Origin: Octopus vulgaris
Taxonomy: Eukaryota
Length of the DNA: 64,000 nt
Direction: 5' to 3'
Assembly: GCA_951406725.2 (NCBI GenBank)
Contig: OX597816.1
Coordinates: 107,074,001 to 107,138,000 of the forward strand
Below are positions 56,901 to 64,000 of the stretch, one piece after another. How positions within the stretch are numbered: the stretch's first letter is position 1; each line of letters opens with the position of its first letter. Made by a program: the position numbers and the translations under genes. Under the pieces are notes generated by a model, which saw nothing but the letters and a program-made list of their open reading frames with translations, did no database searches and had not been told where the DNA came from.

Positions 56901-58845
56901 ATGGAAGTTTGGAAATGAAGGAGACTACTTGTTTTAGGGTGATACTCATTTACAATAATCATGCAATATCAAGAAAAGGAAACAACAGCTCACACATACA
57001 CACACACACATATCATCATCATCACCACCACTAACACCATCATCATCCTCATTTAACACCTGTTTTCCATGCTGGCATGGGTTGGATGGTTTTTATAAGG
57101 ACAGACAAGCCAGAGATCTCTGTCAGGCTCTATGTCTACGTTGACATAATTTCTACAGCTGGATACATTTCCTAACACCAACCATTTAACAAAGTGTACT
57201 TGGTGCTCTTTATGTGGCACCAGCACTGGTGAGGTTGCCAAGAACTTGTAAGATAAGATCCCCCTCAGTATATACAATGGGTTTCTTTCATTTACCAGGC
57301 CCACTCAAATGACTTTGGTTGTCTCTGTATTATAGAAGAAGACACTTACCCAAGATGTCACACAGTGGAACTGAACTCAGAATGAAGTGGCTGGGAGTCA
57401 AACTTCTCAACCACACAGCCACACCTGTTCCTATAGGTATGTCTGGTAAAAGAAATCACGACAGACAATATCGATAGAAACCTGAAATATGTAATTATGT
57501 ATGTTGGTGAAACACAATAGCAAAGAGAAAGAAGATACAATCCAATTGATCTGTTGTCAGTGGCTTGTAATATTCATGGAAAGAAGGATAGTGGTCAACA
57601 CATGCAAAATTGTGCAGCAGCAAAGTTGAAACTAGTATGGCATGATTGATTACATGTAAGCATTTTATTGATCTCATCATTGAACTTAGAAATGTGTGGC
57701 ATCAAAGCTGATACCATAATTACTCTAGCACACCATCCTGCTGTTTGTATCACCTCATTTCCCTTGAGGAGATAAATATAAGGGACAACAACAACAGCAA
57801 CGACAGAAGTAGTAGCAGTAGCAGTAACAGCAATAATGAAAGAAACAAATTATTACAATATCAAGCCAATGATTGAAGCTCTACATGGTCACTTGACCTG
57901 CTAGAAATGACAGCCTAAACTAATTCAGACTATAGTTTGGGTTGCATTATATCTACAGAAAAATAAACAAAATATAGGGATTATTATGGTTGTAATGCCT
58001 TTGATTATAAGTCTGCTACCTGGTTTAGACTATCTCAGGGTTAAACAACATGGAAAAATTACCACAGTTTATGCAATCATATGAAAGACAAATAAAATTC
58101 ATACACTTGGTATCAAAAAATAATGTTGCATTTCATGTAATAAGTTCAAATCAGAATAAAACATATTGTAAATATATTTATTCATTCGAAATATAATTGC
58201 CATTGTTTGCAGCTACATTTCCCTACTTTGAAGCAGTTGAAGAGTGTCCTCTTATAATTCCAATCCAGAAACACTTGGAATAAAACATATTTACTGGTGT
58301 GACTGTATTGTTAAGAAGCTTGCTCACCAACCATGTGATTTTCAATTCAGTCTCACTGTGTGAGCACCTTGAATATGTATCTTCTAGTATAGCCCAGGGT
58401 CAACCAAGGCCTGTCCCTGTAACTTAGCGGTTCAGCAAAAGAGACTGATAGAATAAGTACTAGGCTTTAAAAAGAAGTCCTGGGGTCAATTTCTTCGACT
58501 TTAAAGCCCTTTAAAGTGGTGCTCCAGCATGGCTGCAGTCAAATGACTGAAACAAGTAAAAGAATAAAAGAATAATAGAATATTTCTATGACAGACATCT
58601 CTCACTTTCTGTCTAGCAAATCCATTCACAAGGCTTTGGGTGGTCCAGGTGCAATACACTGGAACCGAACCTGGAATCATGTGATAGGAAAACTAATTTC
58701 TTACTACACACCCATAATATATGTATATGTAGGTGTGTGTATGTGTATGCATTATAATACATACACACACACACACACATACACATACATATATATGTAT
58801 GTACATATCTAAGTATATGCATTTTGTGTGTGTTTGTTTGTATGT

Positions 58846-58922
<77 letters not shown>

Positions 58923-59894
58923 AAGATATATGTGTGTGTGCATGTGAATCAAATTTCATAGGAAACTGAAAACTCCTGAAATGATTAGTCCAAGGTTCAA
59001 GTTTCCAAGGTAGGAAACCATTAAAATAAATATAGACATGTGACCAAAAAAAGAAAAAAAAAGGAGCAATAGACAGAGAAGAAGAGGTAGAAAGTAGCAA
59101 AGAGGTGGGAGATGTGACATTAGTGAAGAAGAAAAGGAAAGAGAGGGAGGAGATGGAGGAAGAGAAGAAGAAGAAGAATGCTGAGGATGCAATGGTCATA
59201 GAGTAAAATAAAGTAGAACAAATATATAGAAAGGATTTTGAAATAAAACCCCAGTAATTGTGAAAAACAATAATAATAGAAAACAACATAGATCTTGTCT
59301 GAAGTAAAAATGCCTTTAAAATACAATCAAATTGATATGCTGTACATACACATATGCCTGTATATGCTCACATACATGTAGATATACACATAAAAAATAA
59401 GTACATAAAATTTGCATATACATAAATTCATACATGGCATACATGCATAGAAAATATTGTGCAGCATGGCTGTATGATAAGAAGCTTGCTTCCCAACCAC
59501 ATGGTTCTGGGTTCAATCCCAATGTGTGGCACCTTGGGCCTGTGTCTTCTACTATAGCCTGGGGCAAACCAAAGCCTTGTGAGTGGATTTGGTAGACAGA
59601 AACTGAAATAAGCCCGTCGTATATATGTATATATTTATACATATGTGTGTGCGTGTGTGTGTGTGCGCATGTGTGTGTGTATTTGTGTGTATGTCTGTGT
59701 CTCTCCACCATCACCTGACAACCGATGTTGTTGTGTTTATGTCCCGGTAACTTAGTGGTTCTGCAAAAGAGGCTGATAGAATAAGTACCAGGCTTACAAA
59801 GAATAAGTCCTGGGCTTGATTTGTTCAACCAAAGGTGGTGCTCCAGCATGGCTGCAGCCAAATGACTGAAATAAGTAAAAGAATAAAAGAATAC

Positions 59895-60860
59895 ATCCTT
59901 GATCCTGGTAATCACTTTGACTTTGGTGTTGTAGGTAGAGCAGCTGGTACCTTTCTCAACAGAGTCTCACACAATAATCTACGGGATTACTGTTGGGAAA
60001 ATTTAAAAGCTAGAAATTGGGGCTGTTGAAGTTGTAGAAATTCTCTGACAACCACTTCTGACTCTTTCCTGAGGTATGGCAAAATGTGAAATCCTGCTGC
60101 CACTCATATGGCTTTCCAGTAGCAACCCTCTCAAGCCAGGGATTGACCATAGTCTCTAGCAGCTTCACATAGCTATCTGAATTGAGTTTAAGGCCCTGTG
60201 AAAAGATGTTGAGCAACATGATATCATTCTTACTGGAGACACACCCAGACACCATGCATCTCGTGGGTATCACATGGATTCACATGGATTCTAGAAAAGC
60301 CATCTACCTGTTGTGCAACTGACAGAAGCTGTTTATATCTGAGAAAAACTAGATCATTCCCAGCTCAACAGGATGCCTCAGCTTGTTCAGGAGCTTGTTT
60401 GCCTTTGTCAGGCAGTTCTCCTTTGCCTTGGCTGTCACTTGCATCTCTCATATGAATAGTAGCGAAGGTCTTCATTCAGGGCCAGCTTCATGGTGGTGCC
60501 TCCCATTTCTCTTGCCAAAACCTGGAATCCCTTGCATTGATCTGCTGTCACCTTATCCTGCAGTTGGACGAATTTTGGCATCTAGATGCAGTCTGAACAC
60601 TTGCTGTGTCCCCTTTCTACTGGCCACAGCTTCACAGTCTATATTGCATATGTGCATGTCATATCTTACAGCCTTTACAGTATTCACAAAGCATTGAGTA
60701 GCAGTCATGCTGTTGGTACAATATTCAGATTGCTTCCAGTCCTCCATGTTAGCTGACTTTTTCTCAACAACTTTGATCTTTATGCTCTCCAACACCATTG
60801 ACTTCACCAAAATCCAAGCTGTTCCTGAAAAATGGAGACGATAAAATTGTCAAATTTAGA
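59895..60860 (-). pseudogene. Decayed maT/DD37D-like transposase
   Basis: CMVSGCVSS..GLKLNSDSYVKLLE..PWLERVA.GKPYEWQQD..CHTSGKSQKWLSENF, followed by PNS.NPVDY-like residues. Related to the 42010-42595 fragment. Confidence 0.82.
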
Positions 60861-61599
60861 CCAGACACCCTGTATATAGTAGAAATAGAAATTTAAAAAA
60901 TCCTTGACACAATAGTGTGTATTTTAAAAAATGAACAAGAATGACTTTTCTGATGATTATTTTCCATTTAATGATTAGATGTTTCTGCTTACCTTCTTAT
61001 GTTTAGAGAGATTTTTTTATATATAAAAAAGTCTCTGGTTTGGGACTGAGATTTTTGCTTAAATTCAATTTTCAAACTGTTCTGTTTTTTTTGGGTATCA
61101 GAGTTCCATAATATTCAGTATATATTAAATTATATATCATATAATTATATATTGTATATATTAAATTATATATCATATAATTATATATTATATATATTAA
61201 ATTATATATCATAGCTTTGGATTCTGTTTGGATGCTGTTGGTAGGGAGAGGGTTTACAAATTTGCACGTACATACACATTTACACATACTTACATATATA
61301 TACACATATACTTAGATACATTTACACATGTACACACATAAATACATATATGTGCACATAGGCACATCTATAAAACATATGAGCATATGCAACCTAGAAA
61401 ATGTAGAGTTAGACACAGCTGAGAGTGAGAGAGAAGGCTCTGTAAGCAAAATATAAAACGCTTCAAAGGGAAACTCATTTGAAATAATATCATTTTAAGG
61501 TGATCACAAAACATGAGAATTACTTGTACATGATATAGTAATACAAGATAAACAATTAATAGCAGACTTATGTAGGATACTGTGTAAAAAAACATGAGC

Positions 61600-62015
61600 T
61601 TAAATTTACAGAACCAGGAGAAAAATATATTTAAAGAAATACAAAGAAAAAGATGTTGTGGTATCTTGACATTCTAACTTCAGCTTAAAAAGGGTGGAAA
61701 TTCTGATACTCTTCAGTGGGAATTCAGGTACTCTCCAGTTTGGGGATTTACACAACTTACAATAAGAACGTTTGACTTAAGTTCTTTTCAAAATCATCCA
61801 AATATGTATTGCTGCATATATTTCTCTTCTACACTTTCAAAATATTCATAGGCATAGAAGTGGCTGTGTGGTAAGTAGCTTGTTTACCAACCACATGGTT
61901 TCAGGTTCAGTCCCCTGCGTGGCACTTTGGGCAAGTGTCTTCTACTACAGCCTTGGGTCAACCAAAGCCTTGTGAGTGGATTTGGTAGATGGAAAATGAA
62001 AGAAGCCTGTCGTAA

Positions 62016-62061
<46 letters not shown>

Positions 62062-62945
62062 ATATGTGTGCCTGTGTTTGTCCCCCCAACATCGCTTGAC
62101 AATCGATGGTGGTGTGTTTACATCACCGTAACTTAGCGGTTTGGCAAACGAGACCGATAGAATAAGTACTAGTTTATTCAGATTCAGTTTTTCTTAGGCA
62201 AGTGTCTCCTGTTATAGCTCTGAGCAGACAAAACTTTTATGAGTGGATTTGGTGGATGGAAACTAAAAGAAGCCCATTTTATGTACATATGTGTATGTGT
62301 GTGTTTCTATCGTTTTATACTGACATCATGTGATAGTTGTGTCACAGCCACACAAGCAGAACCATTTGTTTCTAGACTTTTATGAAAACATGTATGGCCC
62401 CTGGGGAAACACTACCTTCTTGGAAACAGATGAGAATTAGTGACAAGAAGGGTATCTGGCCATATAAATTCTGTTTGACCCATGCAAGCATGGAAAAGGG
62501 GATATTAAAATGATGAAGATGGTGATGACCACCACTCCATGGAGGCCAATCATATTTATGTGGACCAATTGGAATGCTTTCAGCTTTGTCACGAGATTTG
62601 AAGAACTCATCTGGTTCATTAATTTGTATGGGAAGTGAAAATACTGTTGAATAATTCATTCAATACTTCACTAACATTTTAAGCATCTGCTCTTGATGTA
62701 AACAATGCCCAACATTCATAATGAATGAAAGCTGTTACTTTTGATAACTTAGAGAAAACTCAAGGAGTGCTTTTGTGATTTTTAAAAACCCAATTTTCCT
62801 TTAGTGCACTTTCATAACTCATGAAGCATTTTATTTCATTTACACTTTCTGTAAGTGACATTCATAAATGCAGTTTTCATTATAAATTCACTCTTCATAT
62901 CAGGGGAATAGCTTTCTTTGTAAATTTCAACTTATCCATTTTGAG
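61600..62945 (-). pseudogene. Possible ancient CR1/L2 ORF2 linker remnant, interrupted by SINEs
   Basis: Minus-strand SYESALKEN..KSTP*VF..SEVLNELFNSIFT resembles the YE..A...K.NPK.F / AE.LN.FF.SVFT pattern. Many stops. Confidence 0.4.
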
Positions 62946-63470
62946 ATTTATAATACTATAGCAGACAGTGATCCCACACACAATATGTAATATATGCAAT
63001 ATTATTAAGAAATAACTGGAAAGGATGTAAAGGTATTTGTGTATATCTGTCCACCTGTCTGTCTGTCTGTCTGCCTGTTTGTCTATTATTGGTTTGTCTC
63101 TCTCTATCTGTAAATGTGTTCTACACTATTTTGTGTGTGTTAAAGCATCTTGTTTACTCGAAACGAAGTTGGAAAGCTGCTGTGATGATGATGTCTATTG
63201 AAGTAGATACAAATGCTTACAGCTGTTGTTTTGTCTTCTAACAATTAGACTGTTTTTATTTCCTTGATAATCTTCTTCAGATTATCTCCACGGAGTGATT
63301 ATTTTATGTTCTCCAAAAGTGGAGATAATTTCAATAAATGAAGAATTTATGTTGTATCGCATATAATATAACTTTACTAACAACCTTCAGTTATTTCTCT
63401 CACCTGTTTTCATCTTTATGTATGTATGTGTGCATGTGTGTATAATAATAATAATAATAATAATAATAAT

Positions 63471-63950
63471 TGGTATGACCACAAATCTGATGGCATCATT
63501 GAAAATAAAAATGCAAAGATCCTATGGAATTTTATGATTCAGTGCAACCATGAGATAGAAATAGGAAGCCAGACATAGTCTTAATTGAGAAAGAAATCAA
63601 ACTATGCTGGATCATAGATATAGCATGCCCAGCTGACAACAAGGTATGCAATAAGGAAGAAAGAAAAGTCGAGAGATATGACAAGTTAACTTGGGAAGTT
63701 AAGCAAATGTGGTCAATGAAAAAGGTAGCAGTAGTACCAATAATTGTTGGAGCCCTGGGAACAGTGAGCAAAAATCTCGAGAAGTACGTGGGCTGCAATA
63801 AGAGTGGAGCACTTGTAGAAAATAGCACTGCTTGGAACCACTCGAATACTCCGGAAGGTGCTCCAAAAATAAGTGGTATTACCTTAGTTCACTTGTAGTG
63901 AACAGCTGACACTGTAGTACATCACCAGTATTAGAAGGTTTGCAAAGGCA
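63471..63950 (+). mobile_element. 3' end of an R4/Dong-like (RLE) non-LTR retrotransposon in (TAA)n
   Basis: ENKNAKILWNF..RKPDIVLIEK..IIDIACP..KEERKVERY..VVPIIVGALGTV..ALLGT.RILRKVL is a restriction-like endonuclease C-terminus. (TAA)n lies on both flanks. Confidence 0.9.
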
Positions 63951-63953
63951 ATG

Positions 63954-63984
<31 letters not shown>

Positions 63985-64000
63985 TAATAATATAATAATA

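Noticed and set aside
57430-57500. Minus-strand TTTCAG acceptor followed by a short CpG-containing frame
   Set aside because: It runs into a SINE head within ~50 nt, with no donor or recognisable peptide.

Overview
Eukaryotic, AT-rich, repeat-dominated DNA, most likely from an octopus (inferred from the tRNA-derived CORE/Meta-type SINE families, the very high microsatellite load and the TE mix; species not determinable here). No intact host protein-coding gene is recognisable. Nearly all long ORFs in the track are (TA)n/(TG)n artefacts or TE remnants. Content: dozens of SINEs from at least five families; non-LTR remnants (Tx1-like ORF1, two near-identical CR1/L2-type RT 3' ends, an R4/Dong-like end in (TAA)n, two Penelope GIY-YIG fragments); two LTRs; a full-length but disrupted mariner; maT-like, Merlin and Chapaev3-like transposase fossils; and several MITEs with clear TIRs and TSDs. 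The most unusual object is a 505-bp non-coding insertion (21396-21900) with a perfect 14-bp flanking duplication. It folds into a ~470-nt rod and carries a well-formed hammerhead ribozyme, facing a degenerate mirror copy on the other strand. Several further Penelope-type hammerhead motifs occur. The 9.4-14.5 kb tandem duplication looks partly like an assembly artefact. A drop in CpG content right of ~44 kb suggests a methylated gene body. All alignments and identities were done by eye and are approximate.
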